Shown one piece after another: positions 1 to 10,383 of a stretch of DNA of 64,000 nt. Position numbers and translations under genes: made by a program. Origin of the DNA: a bacterium (GTDB lineage: Bacteria > RBG-13-61-14 > DATKZS01); contig CAXXFL010000007.1 of assembly GCA_963674965.2 (NCBI GenBank), positions 384,001 to 448,000 on the forward strand, in the 5' to 3' direction. The notes below the pieces were generated by a model. The model saw only the letters and a list, made by a program, of their open reading frames with translations. It did no database searches and was not told where the DNA came from. Numbering within the stretch: position 1 is the first letter of the stretch; every line of letters starts with the position of its first letter.

Positions 1-1000
1 CCCCTTCCCCACCCGTGATCTCCCCGATCCTGGTTATCCGGGTACCCAGGCTCGACGATATTTTAGCGACGGCCTTCTCCGCGGATAATGGAGCGGTGAA
101 TAATAGCTCGTAATCCTCGCCGCCCGTCAGCGCGGCGGCCAGGGCTTTTTCCCCGAGTCGATCCCTTACGTGAAAATATTCCTTGAAAGCGTCGGACAAG
201 GGAAGGGAATCCGCGTAAACGTTGACGCCGACCCGGCGGGACTCCTCCGCTATCCGCGCCACGTCGTGGAACAGGCCGTCCGACACGTCGATCATCGAGG
301 TGGCCGGACCGGCCAGGGCCTTTCCCTCCTCCACCCTGGCGGGAGGGTCCAGATGCCTGAGCAGAGGACCGCCAAGCTTGTCGGTCCCGACCATATCCTC
401 CGTTACGGGAGCGGGGATTTCCATTAGCCGGATAAAGCCAAGGGCCGAGTCGCCCACGGTCCCCGTCACGAAAAGCCCGTCGCCCGGCCTCGCCCCGGAG
501 CGGTAAACGGGAGAAGACTTCGCGGCCGATCCCATGGCGGTGATCGAGATTACCATTTTTTCCGACCGGCACGTGTCGCCGCCCGCAAGGGAAACGCCAA
601 GGTCCAGGGCCCGTTCCATGACCCCCTCCAGAAAAAGCTCCAGGTCTCGTTGGGGGTAGCTCGGCGGAAGGCCCGCCGCCAGGAAGATGAACCTCGGGTC
701 GCAGCCCATGGCCGAAAGGTCCGAGACGTTCACGGCCACGGATTTCCGGCCGAGAAGGCGGGGCGGGGTTCGATCGAGCTTGAAATGGACGTCCTCGATG
801 AGAAGGTCGGTGGTGACGACCGTTTTTCCGTCCCCGGCCAACACGGCGGCGTCGTCCCCAATGCCCCTGATAAGGAAGGGATCGGGCCTCCCGGCGGCCA
901 GCCGGGCCATGGAGACAATGCCCGACTCGCCAAGCGCCGCGATGGAACGCGTTCGGTCGGGGCCGGTACGGGAACCAGGGTCCTCGTCGCTATTCATCAT
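1..1000 (-). CDS. thiL: Thiamine-monophosphate kinase, 3' end truncated by window edge
   Basis: Absent from the ORF track because there is no stop in the window. Manual translation from ATG at 1000 gives ...RGIGDDAAV...TTDLLIEDVHF...AVNVSDLSAMG...LAGGDT...RSGARPGD...SMIDVSDGL...GGEDYELLFT, the ThiL motifs. Confidence 0.95.
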   Translation of the reverse strand, partial: MMNSDEDPGSRTGPDRTRSIAALGESGIVSMARLAAGRPDPFLIRGIGDDAAVLAGDGKTVVTTDLLIEDVHFKLDRTPPRLLGRKSVAVNVSDLSAMGCDPRFIFLAAGLPPSYPQRDLELFLEGVMERALDLGVSLAGGDTCRSEKMVISITAMGSAAKSSPVYRSGARPGDGLFVTGTVGDSALGFIRLMEIPAPVTEDMVGTDKLGGPLLRHLDPPARVEEGKALAGPATSMIDVSDGLFHDVARIAEESRRVGVNVYADSLPLSDAFKEYFHVRDRLGEKALAAALTGGEDYELLFTAPLSAEKAVAKISSSLGTRITRIGEITGGEG

Positions 1001-1105
1001 TTTCCGTGGAATTCATTTTCCGATAAGACACGAGCCATAAAACCCTACCGTTAATTGTAAGCACATCGAGGGGTTAAAATCAACGAGCAAGGCCGGAAAT
1101 CGAGA

Positions 1106-1128
1106 GGGCGGGGAAATTTCCCCCGCCC
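1106..1128. terminator. GC-rich hairpin between lon and thiL
   Basis: GGGCGGGGAAA/TTTCCCCCGCCC inverted repeat just past the lon stop. The U-tract on the minus strand is weak. Confidence 0.45.
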
Positions 1129-1143
1129 CCGACCTTTTGCGCG

Positions 1144-3729
1144 TCAACTTCTTCGCGAGGAAGATTTTTTCGTTCCAGCCGCGACCTTTTTCTTGCCCGA
1201 TATTTTGACGCCGGCTTTTTTAGCGGCTTTTTTCTTTTTGGACGCCTTTTCCGCCGGTTTTTTCGCATTGGCCTTGCCCGCCGACTTCTTCTTGCCGGGC
1301 GCCCCGCCGACCAGGGCGGCCTCGAGCACGTCGTCCACGGTCCTGGCGAAGATAAAGTTGATCTGTTTTCTCAGTTCCTCGGGGATGTCCTCGAGGTCCT
1401 TCTTGTTCCTTTCCGGGGCGATGATGTTGGTGATGTTGTTACGGAGGGCCGCCAGCGACTTCTCCTTCAGCCCGCCGATGGGCAGGACCCTTCCCCTCAG
1501 GGTTATCTCTCCGGTCATGGCCACGTCCTTGCGGATGGGCCTGGCGCTCATGGCGCTTATAAGGGAGGTGGCCATGGTGACCCCCGCCGAGGGCCCATCC
1601 TTGGGGATGGCCCCCGCGGGCACGTGGACGTGGACCGAGTGCTTGTCGAAAAAGTCGTCGGGCTTGCCGAAGTCGGCCAGTTTCCTCTTGGCGTAGCTGA
1701 GCGCGGCCTGGGCCGACTCCCGCATAACGTCCCCCAGGTGTCCGGTCAGGGTCAGGGATTTGGCCCCCTTGGTGATGCTGGACTCGACCATCAGAATCTC
1801 GCCGCCCGTGGCGGTCCAGGCCAGTCCCGTGGCCACTCCCACCTCGTCGGTATCCAGTTCCTCCTCCCCCAGGAAGCGGGGAACGCCCAGGTAGCTGGAG
1901 ACGCCGTCCGCGTCGATTATCTTCTTTTTCTTCTCGCCCTCGGCCACCTTCCTGGCGACCTTGCGGGACACGTTGCCTATCTCCCGCTCGAGGTTTCGAA
2001 GCCCGGCCTCCCTGGTGTACTGCTCGATGATGGTCCTGATCCCGGCGTCGGTGAACTCGACGTCCTTTTTGGTGATCCCGTTTTCCTTGGTCTGCTTGGG
2101 AATAAGGTACCGCTTGGCGATATGCACCTTCTCCTCGAGGATATAGCCCGGAAGCTCGAGGAACTCCATCCTGTCGCGCAGAGCGCTGGGGATGGGATCG
2201 GCCAGGTTGGCCGTGGTGATGAACATGACCTTGGACAGGTCGAAGGGCAGGTTCACGTAGTGGTCCCGGAAGGAGTTGTTCTGCTCGGGATCGAGCACCT
2301 CGAGGAGCGCCGAGCTGGGATCGCCCCTGAAGTCGGAGCCCAGCTTGTCGATCTCGTCGAGCATGAACACGGGGTTGTTCGAGCCGGCCGTCTTCATGCC
2401 CTGGATGATGCGCCCGGGCAAAGCCCCCACGTAGGTGCGGCGGTGCCCCCTGATCTCGGCCTCGTCCCGGACCCCGCCCAGGCTCATGCGGATGAACTCC
2501 CGGCCCATGGCGCGGGCGATGCTGCGTCCCAGGCTGGTCTTGCCCACGCCCGGAGGCCCCACGAAGCAAAGGATGGGGCCCTTCATGTCCTTGTTGAGTT
2601 TCCTGACCGCCAGGTACTCGAGTATCCTTTCCTTGACCTTGTCGAGGTCATAGTGGTCCTCGTCCAGTATCTTCTTGGCCTTCTTTAAATCGAGCCTGTC
2701 CTTGGTGCTTGTAGACCAGGGAAGCTCGACCAGCCACTCGAGGTAACTCCGGACCTGCCCCGCCTCGATGGCCTCGGAGTGCATCATCTCGAGTTTCTTA
2801 AGCTGCTTTAACGCCTCCTTTTCCACCTCCTCGGGCATCTTGGACTTGGCGATCTTTTCCTTGAGTTCCTCTATCTCGGCCGCCTTCTCGTCCACCTCGC
2901 CCAGCTCCTGCTGAATCTGCCGGAGCTGCTCCCGCAGGTAATATTCCTTCTGGGTCTTGTTCATTTCCTCCTTGGCCTGGTTTTGAATCTGGGCCTGGAC
3001 CTCGATCAGCTCGAGTTCCTTTTGCACCAGTTCGTTGACTCTTCTCAGCCTGCTCACGGGATCGATCATCTCGAGGAGGGACTCGGCGTCCTTGACCCCG
3101 AGCCCCATGTTTGCGGCCACCAGGTCGGCGAAGCGGCCCGGGTCGGTGAGGCTTTCGAGGACCATGACCAGGTCGGGTGGAATCATCTTTCCGAACTGGA
3201 TGATCTTGTCCAGGCTCTCCCTGATGTTACGCATGAGGGCCTCGACCTCGAGGGTCGCCTCGGTTGGTCCCTCCTCCTGGACCTCGACCTGGACCGAGTA
3301 ATGGGGGTCCGTCTTCGAGTATTGAACGATCTTGCCCCGGGCCAGGCCCTGGACCAGTATCTTCACTCTCCCGTCCGGGAGCTTGAGCATGCGCATGATC
3401 ATGGCCACCGTGCCCATGTCGAAAATGTCGTCGGGGGCGGGGTCCTCCTGGGCCACCTCCCGCTGGGAGGCCAGGAGGATGATCCTGTCCCTGGAGAGGG
3501 CCTCGTTGACCGCGTTGACCGAGTTCTCCCGGCCCACGAAAAGAGGAAGTATCATAAAGGGAAAAATAACCACGTCCCTCACCGGCAATAGCGGCATCTC
3601 CGTGGGTATCTTGAGCTGCTGAGGCTCGGCTGGAATGCGGGGGTCTGGGTCCTCGCCTCCCGTCCCTTCGCCGGGTTTTATCTGCTCGACTTTAATCTCG
3701 TCATTATTATTGTTGTTATTATCTTCCAT
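1144..3729 (-). CDS. lon: ATP-dependent Lon protease (endopeptidase La) with Lys/Ala-rich C-terminal tail
   Basis: LON N-domain (PLLPVRDVVIFP), Walker A GPPGVGKTS, Walker B FMLDEIDK, catalytic PKDGPSAG, TGEITLRGRVLPIGGLKEK. Confidence 0.98.
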   Translation of the reverse strand: MEDNNNNNNDEIKVEQIKPGEGTGGEDPDPRIPAEPQQLKIPTEMPLLPVRDVVIFPFMILPLFVGRENSVNAVNEALSRDRIILLASQREVAQEDPAPDDIFDMGTVAMIMRMLKLPDGRVKILVQGLARGKIVQYSKTDPHYSVQVEVQEEGPTEATLEVEALMRNIRESLDKIIQFGKMIPPDLVMVLESLTDPGRFADLVAANMGLGVKDAESLLEMIDPVSRLRRVNELVQKELELIEVQAQIQNQAKEEMNKTQKEYYLREQLRQIQQELGEVDEKAAEIEELKEKIAKSKMPEEVEKEALKQLKKLEMMHSEAIEAGQVRSYLEWLVELPWSTSTKDRLDLKKAKKILDEDHYDLDKVKERILEYLAVRKLNKDMKGPILCFVGPPGVGKTSLGRSIARAMGREFIRMSLGGVRDEAEIRGHRRTYVGALPGRIIQGMKTAGSNNPVFMLDEIDKLGSDFRGDPSSALLEVLDPEQNNSFRDHYVNLPFDLSKVMFITTANLADPIPSALRDRMEFLELPGYILEEKVHIAKRYLIPKQTKENGITKKDVEFTDAGIRTIIEQYTREAGLRNLEREIGNVSRKVARKVAEGEKKKKIIDADGVSSYLGVPRFLGEEELDTDEVGVATGLAWTATGGEILMVESSITKGAKSLTLTGHLGDVMRESAQAALSYAKRKLADFGKPDDFFDKHSVHVHVPAGAIPKDGPSAGVTMATSLISAMSARPIRKDVAMTGEITLRGRVLPIGGLKEKSLAALRNNITNIIAPERNKKDLEDIPEELRKQINFIFARTVDDVLEAALVGGAPGKKKSAGKANAKKPAEKASKKKKAAKKAGVKISGKKKVAAGTKKSSSRRS

Positions 3730-3843
3730 GACCGCCTCCGCGAGTCCGCTGTATTTTCATTTCCCGCCTTAGCTCCAAACCGTTCCTACCTTCTCGTTAT
3801 AGACGCGGGAGGCCCCGGTTCGATTCATTTTTCGGGCCAGGCC

Positions 3844-4299
3844 CTACTCGATCCTGACCCTTCTTTTTTCCTCGGGCTCCTTTTTTTGCGCGTCCACCGT
3901 GATTAATAGTACGCCGTTACGGAACCTGGCCACCGGCGTGGAAGGGTCGAAATGCTCGGGCAGCTTGATGCTCCTTTGAAACCTTCCGAATTTTCGCTCG
4001 ATTTGAAGATAAGAGATACGCTCGCCCCGAGACCCCTCGGCGCGGGCTATATCTCCTTTAATGCCCTCGATGGTAAGGACGTGACCGGTGACGAACACGG
4101 CGATGTTGTCTTTCTTCATGCCCGGAAGCTCGAGCTCGATAGTGAGCTTTCCGCCCTGCTCGTATACGTCCATGGAGGGAAGATAGGCCTCCGTGTCGGC
4201 GCTGGGAAGATTGGCCGACCACATGGCGCGAATTCTTGGGCGGGAACCAATTCCGGACTTCCCTCCCCCTCCGCTTTTCGGATTGTTCGAAGAGCTCAT
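3844..4299 (-). CDS. Hsp20/alpha-crystallin small heat-shock protein
   Basis: PSMDVYE...IELELPGM...LTIEG...ERKFGRFQRSIKLP...A.F.NGVLLITV. Start moved to ATG 4299, which has a GGAAGGG SD. Lies directly upstream of lon. Confidence 0.92.
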   Translation of the reverse strand: MSSSNNPKSGGGGKSGIGSRPRIRAMWSANLPSADTEAYLPSMDVYEQGGKLTIELELPGMKKDNIAVFVTGHVLTIEGIKGDIARAEGSRGERISYLQIERKFGRFQRSIKLPEHFDPSTPVARFRNGVLLITVDAQKKEPEEKRRVRIE

Positions 4300-4360
4300 G
4301 ACTTGTCCCTTCCAGCCGGACTGTTTCATCCGTCTCGTAATCTAATTCCGACTATAAGAA

Positions 4361-4389
4361 AATGTAAGCTTTATCGAGCGCGCTGTCAA
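4361..4389 (-). promoter_or_regulatory. Sigma-70-type promoter for hsp20-lon
   Basis: Minus strand TTGACA-N17-TACATT. Confidence 0.6.
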
Positions 4390-4604
4390 GGATTTATTGG
4401 GAAAGGTTCGGCGGACTGGGCCATCGCCTTTCGCCACGAAAGAGAAGCGCGCGAATAACGGCTTTAGTAACGGCATGTTAGTACTGATATGCGCCTTTCG
4501 CCGCAAGGAAAACAAAAAAGAAGCGCGAAGGCCAATTTCCGGTTATCAGCCCTCGCGCTCCTGCATTCTTGTATTTACTAAACGCTTTTAATCACATGGA
4601 TTAT

Positions 4605-5522
4605 TTAAAATGGAAGCCCACCCGTATAGGGCAGCCTGAGGAGCATTCCCTCCGGCTCGGCGATCACCACGTCGCCGGGTTTTACCTCCTCGCAGACTTT
4701 TTTCTTGAGCTTGGCGCTTGACATTTCCGCCTGGACCTCGTTGACCTTGTCCGAGGCTATCTTTTCGTTGTTGGCCAGGGGCTCGCCCGTAACCGGGTGA
4801 GTCATGGTCTCTCCCGCCCTGTAGATGGTGAACTTTCTGCCGGGCTTTATTCCCAGGTCCGATCCGAAATCGATCCAGGCGATCCTGTCCTCGACCTTAA
4901 TGATGTAGCCGGTAAGGGGGAATTCGGCCTGGACCTTGCGATATAGTCCGTCCACCGCGCTTATGGTCGCCCGGTCGATGGCGGGCCCGACGTGGGGGTC
5001 GGTGACGCATACCAGGCTCTGGTTGGGGCTATAGCTTTCCGAGTCGTAACCTACAAGGGTATCGGTCATGGCCACCGACCCCGTCTCGACGTCCACTATC
5101 TTCACGTTCACGCTCACGCTGGCCCTGCCCGCGCAGTTGTGGACGATAACTCCCTTAACGTTGGTCTTGCTCTGCTCGACCGCGTAATCGGCCTTGGTTA
5201 CCGATCCCACCACCACCAGGTTGGCTCCGAGCTTCTTGCCTATCTGGGAGGCCGCCGACTCGCATAACTCCGCCGAGGCGCCGCCCGCGTCCTGGTAGGC
5301 CTTGTCCGCCGCGCCGGAGTCCACCAGGTTGAAGTATTTCAGTTCCGCGAATATGTCCCGCGCGATCTTCGTCGCCTTCGGGCCAAGCCCCTTGCCGGTC
5401 TGGTCGTAAAATCCGGCCACCGCCACCGTACGCTTCTCATGGGCCCGCGCAATCCTCGGCGGGGCCGCCGCGGCCAATACAAAGACCACCGTCATGAAAA
5501 AGGAAAAAAACCTCACCTTCAT
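4605..5522 (-). CDS. Secreted CsgG/HfaB-like protein with FlgT-C-like C-terminal domain
   Basis: Signal peptide; TVAVAGF, SQIGKKLGANLVVVGSV, VKIVDVETG (CsgG/TolB-N-like); C-terminal IDFGSDLGIKPG.KF.IYR.GE...HPVTGE.L. Confidence 0.65.
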   Translation of the reverse strand: MKVRFFSFFMTVVFVLAAAAPPRIARAHEKRTVAVAGFYDQTGKGLGPKATKIARDIFAELKYFNLVDSGAADKAYQDAGGASAELCESAASQIGKKLGANLVVVGSVTKADYAVEQSKTNVKGVIVHNCAGRASVSVNVKIVDVETGSVAMTDTLVGYDSESYSPNQSLVCVTDPHVGPAIDRATISAVDGLYRKVQAEFPLTGYIIKVEDRIAWIDFGSDLGIKPGRKFTIYRAGETMTHPVTGEPLANNEKIASDKVNEVQAEMSSAKLKKKVCEEVKPGDVVIAEPEGMLLRLPYTGGLPF

Positions 5523-5676
5523 TTTCGTCTCCTCCTTGTGCTGGGTTGCATACTATGATCGAAAAGCCGCGAACCGATTCAATTACAACTTTATCCTTAC
5601 ATTTACACCTCCCCGCCATTTCGCCCGACGCTTTAGCGACGTACTTTTTTGGCCCTAAATCTCCATATCACTATTT

Positions 5677-6417
5677 TCAGTACCTGAGATTCATCCCGCT
5701 CTCCTTTGCCTTCCATTTGCCCTCTTCCTTGACAAGGAGCGCAAAACCACTATGCCCGCACAATTCGCCGCAAACCGCGCCGCCATGGAGCAAGGCGGAT
5801 TTTTTATCTTTGCTTAGCCCAACGCGGGTAAAGTACCAAATCCGGTCAGCACCCGGATAATCCTCACGAAAACTTCGCCATCCTTCCATTCCGCTTGAAA
5901 AATATCTATCTCTTTCAAACTCTCCCATGACGTGGTAGTCAAAGGATAAATCGAAATGACGGCCCAGGGCGTAGCCTTGACGGTTCTTTTCCTCATAGTC
6001 TGAAAGAATCTCGGGCGTGAGGCTGGGCATCTCCTCGAACAATCGTTTTTTTAGTTCCTCCGAGGTCGGCTCCGGGTCCCCCTTGCCCGTGTTGCCTCCT
6101 ATAATGATCATTGCCCGCTGACTTTCGGGCGTGGATGAATTAAGCAAATCGGAGATCACGGCGTAGTCCACGGAGCCCGGCGGGAGAAGAGGATACTTAT
6201 CCACGTCGGAAAGACAAAGGAGTTCCAGTTCTCCTTTGCCTTCTTCATCCTGACTGGTCCCGTCGTCGAGCTTCCTGGCCACGATGCAGTCGGACGCGCC
6301 CGAATCATCCCGGGGGCCTTTCGATAAATGACGTCGGACGGCCGCCAAGCCGCCAAGTATGAAAGCCGCGGCAAGGAATATCGAAAGTAACCCGCTCCTC
6401 TTTGATCGCCTAATCAT
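5677..6417 (-). CDS. Hypothetical membrane-anchored protein
   Basis: 246-aa ORF, N-terminal TM helix, C-terminal TRVGLS...CGELCGHSG...KEEGKWK. No function assigned. Confidence 0.65.
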   Translation of the reverse strand: MIRRSKRSGLLSIFLAAAFILGGLAAVRRHLSKGPRDDSGASDCIVARKLDDGTSQDEEGKGELELLCLSDVDKYPLLPPGSVDYAVISDLLNSSTPESQRAMIIIGGNTGKGDPEPTSEELKKRLFEEMPSLTPEILSDYEEKNRQGYALGRHFDLSFDYHVMGEFERDRYFSSGMEGWRSFREDYPGADRIWYFTRVGLSKDKKSALLHGGAVCGELCGHSGFALLVKEEGKWKAKESGMNLRY

Positions 6418-6837
6418 TTTCTATCAAAATGGAAATATCAGTCCCAAGTTTGTAAATGGCACGGTCGCTCATCTGGATTCATCCCGACTCGCGCTTTGGC
6501 GCCTCGCGTCGCCTTCTCGAGACTTGAGCGTCGCTTCCCAGCCTGGCGGATGAATAATATCACGTTCCTCGCGCGGCGTTCAAGCCGCTTAAAAGAATCC
6601 CTCGCGGGTTATCGGATATGGCTGGATTTACCATTTGGCCGCGGGTGATAAATCGCGCTTTGTCAGTTCGACGTTTGAAATGCCTGTCGCGCTTGGATAT
6701 GCGCGCCTCACTTCCCATCGCTTTCTTCAGGCTTCACGTCGCCGTGACGCCCTCGCGATTCTGATTGTCTTCCCCCTGGCCGGGGCGACGCTTGCTTCTT
6801 CCAGCAAGCCGGGTTTGCCCGCTTCGCCGGGCTGACG

Positions 6838-6865
6838 AAAATGGGCGGACGTTTCCGTCCGCCCA
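6838..6865 (-). terminator. Rho-independent terminator
   Basis: Perfect 10-bp stem TGGGCGGACG/CGTCCGCCCA with a 4-nt loop, followed by TTTT on the minus strand, about 20 nt after the stop at 6886. Confidence 0.75.
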
Positions 6866-6885
6866 AGTTTGGCAGTCGCCTATTT

Positions 6886-7983
6886 TCAGGGCGCGGTTTC
6901 AGTATAAAAGCATTGATAGAGTAAATCTATCCCCACGTCATCTCCTCCTATGAGATCTGACATGTCTCCATCGTCCATGTAAGCCCCCTGATCGATCGGG
7001 TTCCCGCTTAAATCCTGAGAAAGAGCGACGTCAGGCGGAATAAGGCCAAAATTGTCTTCATCGATGGTCAAATCGTCTCCGTTTTTATCGAAAATGACGA
7101 GTTGATATTGAGAGTTATAATCCAGTTCTATATTAGTCAGGGAAAAGTCCGTTCCGAGCGAGAAAGTGTAAGTATAATTCCCGCTTGACTCGGAAACGGC
7201 GCTGTTGGTAAGAGGAATTGGCGTCGAGTTCGTCACGTCCCATAACAAGGCGTATAACACGCCCATCTTTTCGTTGAAAGTAACCTGTGGCGAAAAAGTC
7301 GTGCTCACTCGATAAGCCACGTCCGGATCGCAGGTAAAGTTCAAACCGGTAATTTCCGGTTCGGCGTCATCGCTATTGTCTCCCGCCCTGAAGTGAAACT
7401 GCTTTTCATCGCTCATATACCAGTTGTTTGCTCCGCCGTTTACTCTCCAGATCGAGTGGCCATATTCATCCGTGGGATGGACGAAGGCGGTGTAGATCGT
7501 CTGGTCATATCCGGTCGTGTTTTCAATGTCCTCCACGCTGATGCAAAGCTGAGGCGTTTTTGTATTGTAGTATACCCATGACATATAGGCCATTGAATAA
7601 TCGACCGCGGGCTTAAACGTGACGTATTCGTTGTCCGCTATGGCGTCGAGAGCGTCGGCGGCTTCCGTGCCATCCGTTACGTTCAGCCAGTCCGATCCGT
7701 CCCATACCAGAAGATCACGATCGCCCGTGCCCCCGATATCCAGATTAAGGCAAAACAGGTCCTCAGGTTTCTGAGCGCCCTGGTTCATTATGCCGTTAAT
7801 CATGTACTTGCTGGTGAAGTCCCCGTGAGATCCTGAAATATACTGGGGCCCAGGCCCTACTTCCAAGGGCGACTCGGCCGACGTGCTCACGAAAAACGCC
7901 GGCGTACAAGCGAACGCCGCGATTCCCACCAGAATCGTTAGAGCTATAAAATTGACGTACTTAGTGACTTTTTGTTTCTTCAT
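6886..7983 (-). CDS. Hypothetical secreted protein, possible lipoprotein
   Basis: Start set at MKKQKV (ATG 7983, SD AAAGGGG). Signal peptide with possible lipobox AFAC; acidic, beta-rich mature part; lower GC than the flanking core genes. Confidence 0.7.
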   Translation of the reverse strand: MKKQKVTKYVNFIALTILVGIAAFACTPAFFVSTSAESPLEVGPGPQYISGSHGDFTSKYMINGIMNQGAQKPEDLFCLNLDIGGTGDRDLLVWDGSDWLNVTDGTEAADALDAIADNEYVTFKPAVDYSMAYMSWVYYNTKTPQLCISVEDIENTTGYDQTIYTAFVHPTDEYGHSIWRVNGGANNWYMSDEKQFHFRAGDNSDDAEPEITGLNFTCDPDVAYRVSTTFSPQVTFNEKMGVLYALLWDVTNSTPIPLTNSAVSESSGNYTYTFSLGTDFSLTNIELDYNSQYQLVIFDKNGDDLTIDEDNFGLIPPDVALSQDLSGNPIDQGAYMDDGDMSDLIGGDDVGIDLLYQCFYTETAP

Positions 7984-8917
7984 CGAAAAATCCCCTTTCT
8001 TCAAGAGTGTTATGAAATCGCTCCTAAGCCTTTGATAATTTATTGGCCAACATGGTTGACGCCACTCTTTGCGCGCGCACCTTCTCCACTCCAGACTGAA
8101 AGCCCGGAGAAATTTGATAAATGATTGCCGTGTCAGTACTACCTTAATCTCAAGCGCTTTATAGAATCCGCGGCGGATACCCCCAGAAAGCATTGTAGTG
8201 ATTAATGAGCGCTATTAGTAAATTTTATTATAATGAATGTTATTATATTATATTTTACTGATTCTTATGTTTTATATATCTCATTTCGATAATGTTGTCA
8301 AGGATATTTTTTATAGTTATTAATTAAATTTGTTATGATTATCATTATTAATCATATAGATCAATTTCAAACCACTTGGTCAAGCCCCTGACAGGAGGCC
8401 AAGCAAGACGCAAGACGGCCGGTAATACTATGATATCATACATTTTATTATTTTATTGAGCGCGCTTTTCCTCGCGCGAGCGCATGGATTCGATATTATA
8501 AATAATATAATCATATCATTTCTTTACAATTTTCGATCCTTGCCTTTAGCTCTCCACAAATCCCTCTATCCATTTCAAGCATTTCAATATAACTACCATT
8601 AATAGATAGTGATTTCATTACTCCGAACAAACTCTTCGCGTTAAGATAAAAATACATTTGTTTTACTATTATCCTGACCGTCTTCTCATGCGCCATAGAC
8701 TTAAAAAGCGAATGTCAACGATCATTTCCTTTACTAATCGCGTTATTTATCCAAAATTTCTAAAATACAATATATCAAAACTAAAACATGGATACTCTCC
8801 GCCCTTACGGCCTTTTATCAACGCGTTTTAAAAGTCGACCCAATTAAAAAGGCCCAGCCGGACTTTTGCGCTTGTCAGGCGTTATTGTACGGGTTAATCT
8901 TTATCAGGAGACACATT

Positions 8918-10339
8918 ATGCTTGACAAGGACATGTTTCCCATAATCCTGGACAGCGTGGCGGAGGGCGTATTCACGGTGGACCTTGATTTCATCGTGAC
9001 TTACTTCAACCGGGCGGCCGAGCGCATAACCGGCTTCACGTCCGAGGAGGCCGTTGGTCAGAGCTGCCACAACGTTTTCCGGGGCTCGGTCTGCCAGGGC
9101 GGCTGCGTCCTGAGGCGGACCCTTTCCACGGGGGAGACCATCAAGGGCATGGAGATCACCATCCTTAACCGGGAGAACAAGGAGATACCCATCAGCGTCT
9201 CGACCGCCCTTCTTCGCGACCGCCTTGGCCGGGTGGTCGGGGGCGTCGAGACCTTCCGGGACCTGTCGGACCTGGCGGCCCTTCGCGCCGAGGTGGGCCG
9301 GTCCTATCGCCTGGGTGACATGGTCAGCAAGAACCACCGGGTGCAGGAGATATTCGCCCTGGCCCCGGACGTGGCCGAGAGTTCGGCCTCGGTCATGCTG
9401 CTGGGCGAGACGGGCTCGGGCAAGGAGGTCCTGGCCAGGGCCCTCCACGGCGAGGGCCCCAGGGCGGACAAGGCATTCGTGCCCGTGAACTGCGCGGCCC
9501 TTCCCGACGCCCTGCTCGAGGCCGAGCTTTTCGGCCACGCCGCGGGGGCCTTCACGGACGCTCGCCGGGCCAGGAAGGGCAGGTTCGCCGCGGCCCACGG
9601 CGGGACCCTATTCCTGGACGAGGTGGGCGACCTCTCGCCCGCCATGCAGGTCAAGCTCCTCCGCGTCCTGGAGGACAAGGCGGTCGAGCCGCTGGGATCG
9701 AACGAGCCGGAGCCGGCCGACGCCCGGATAATTTCGGCCACCCATCGGGACCCTCGCGAGCTTATGCGGCTCGGCCTTTTCAGGGAGGACCTCTTTTATC
9801 GGCTGAACACGGTGGTAATCGAAATCCCTCCCCTCCGGAAGAGGAGGGAGGACGTGCCGCTGCTGGTCGAGCGCTTTATCGAGCTTTTCAACTCGAGGAC
9901 CGGCAAGACCATCGCGACCGCTTCCCCCGAGGCCATGGAGATACTTCTTCGCTACGCCTGGCCCGGCAACGTAAGGGAACTCAAGCACGCCATCGAGCAC
10001 GCCTTCGTGCTCGCGAAGGGACAGACCATCGAGGCGTCCAATTTGCCCCGCGAGGTCGTGGCCGGAGACGCGACCCCCGACTTTTGCCGGCCGGCCGCGG
10101 TGGATAAAGAAGAGCCAGTCCGGGAATTCGCGCGGCCGACAACTTCCGTTCAAAAGAATAACGCGCCCCCTGGCCTGTCGGCCCTCGAGCTTGCCGAGCG
10201 TCCGGTCGTTTTAGCGGCCCTTGAAAGGAACCACTGGAAGCGGGACGCGGCGGCAAAAGAGCTTGGTCTTTCCCGGGCCACTCTCTGGCGGAAGATGAAG
10301 AGGCTCGGGATCGACGACCCGAGGAGAAAAGAGAAATAG
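8918..10339 (+). CDS. PAS-domain sigma-54-dependent transcriptional activator (PAS-AAA+-Fis HTH)
   Basis: PAS ([10 protein letters not shown]), Walker [72 protein letters not shown] 8918 follows AGGAG. Confidence 0.95.
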   Translation: MLDKDMFPIILDSVAEGVFTVDLDFIVTYFNRAAERITGFTSEEAVGQSCHNVFRGSVCQGGCVLRRTLSTGETIKGMEITILNRENKEIPISVSTALLRDRLGRVVGGVETFRDLSDLAALRAEVGRSYRLGDMVSKNHRVQEIFALAPDVAESSASVMLLGETGSGKEVLARALHGEGPRADKAFVPVNCAALPDALLEAELFGHAAGAFTDARRARKGRFAAAHGGTLFLDEVGDLSPAMQVKLLRVLEDKAVEPLGSNEPEPADARIISATHRDPRELMRLGLFREDLFYRLNTVVIEIPPLRKRREDVPLLVERFIELFNSRTGKTIATASPEAMEILLRYAWPGNVRELKHAIEHAFVLAKGQTIEASNLPREVVAGDATPDFCRPAAVDKEEPVREFARPTTSVQKNNAPPGLSALELAERPVVLAALERNHWKRDAAAKELGLSRATLWRKMKRLGIDDPRRKEK

Positions 10340-10383
10340 AAAGACGCCCGGGGCCGCCGGGCGCCATGATAAGTCTTAATCCG

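Noticed and set aside
63-572. 169-aa minus-strand ORF from the track
   Set aside because: It is an out-of-frame overlap with thiL, which is the real gene here.
3703-3720. Asn6 run at the Lon N-terminus as a phase-variable tract
   Set aside because: Mixed AAT/AAC codons in a triplet unit; slippage would not shift the frame.
8050-8065. Sigma-54 site upstream of the 7983 gene (TGGCGTCAACCATGT on the minus strand)
   Set aside because: The -12 element is GT rather than GC, too weak to call.
8375-8430. c-di-GMP-I riboswitch-like words (GGTCAAG...GACGCAAG...CCGG)
   Set aside because: The P1 GNRA loop and spacing do not fit and no convincing P2 is seen. An Infernal scan would settle it.
8511-8696. 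61-aa ORF in the AT-rich region
   Set aside because: No SD, atypical composition and no motif.
8190-8880. Replication origin
   Set aside because: AT-rich, but I saw no cluster of TTATCCACA DnaA boxes and no dnaA/gidA context.
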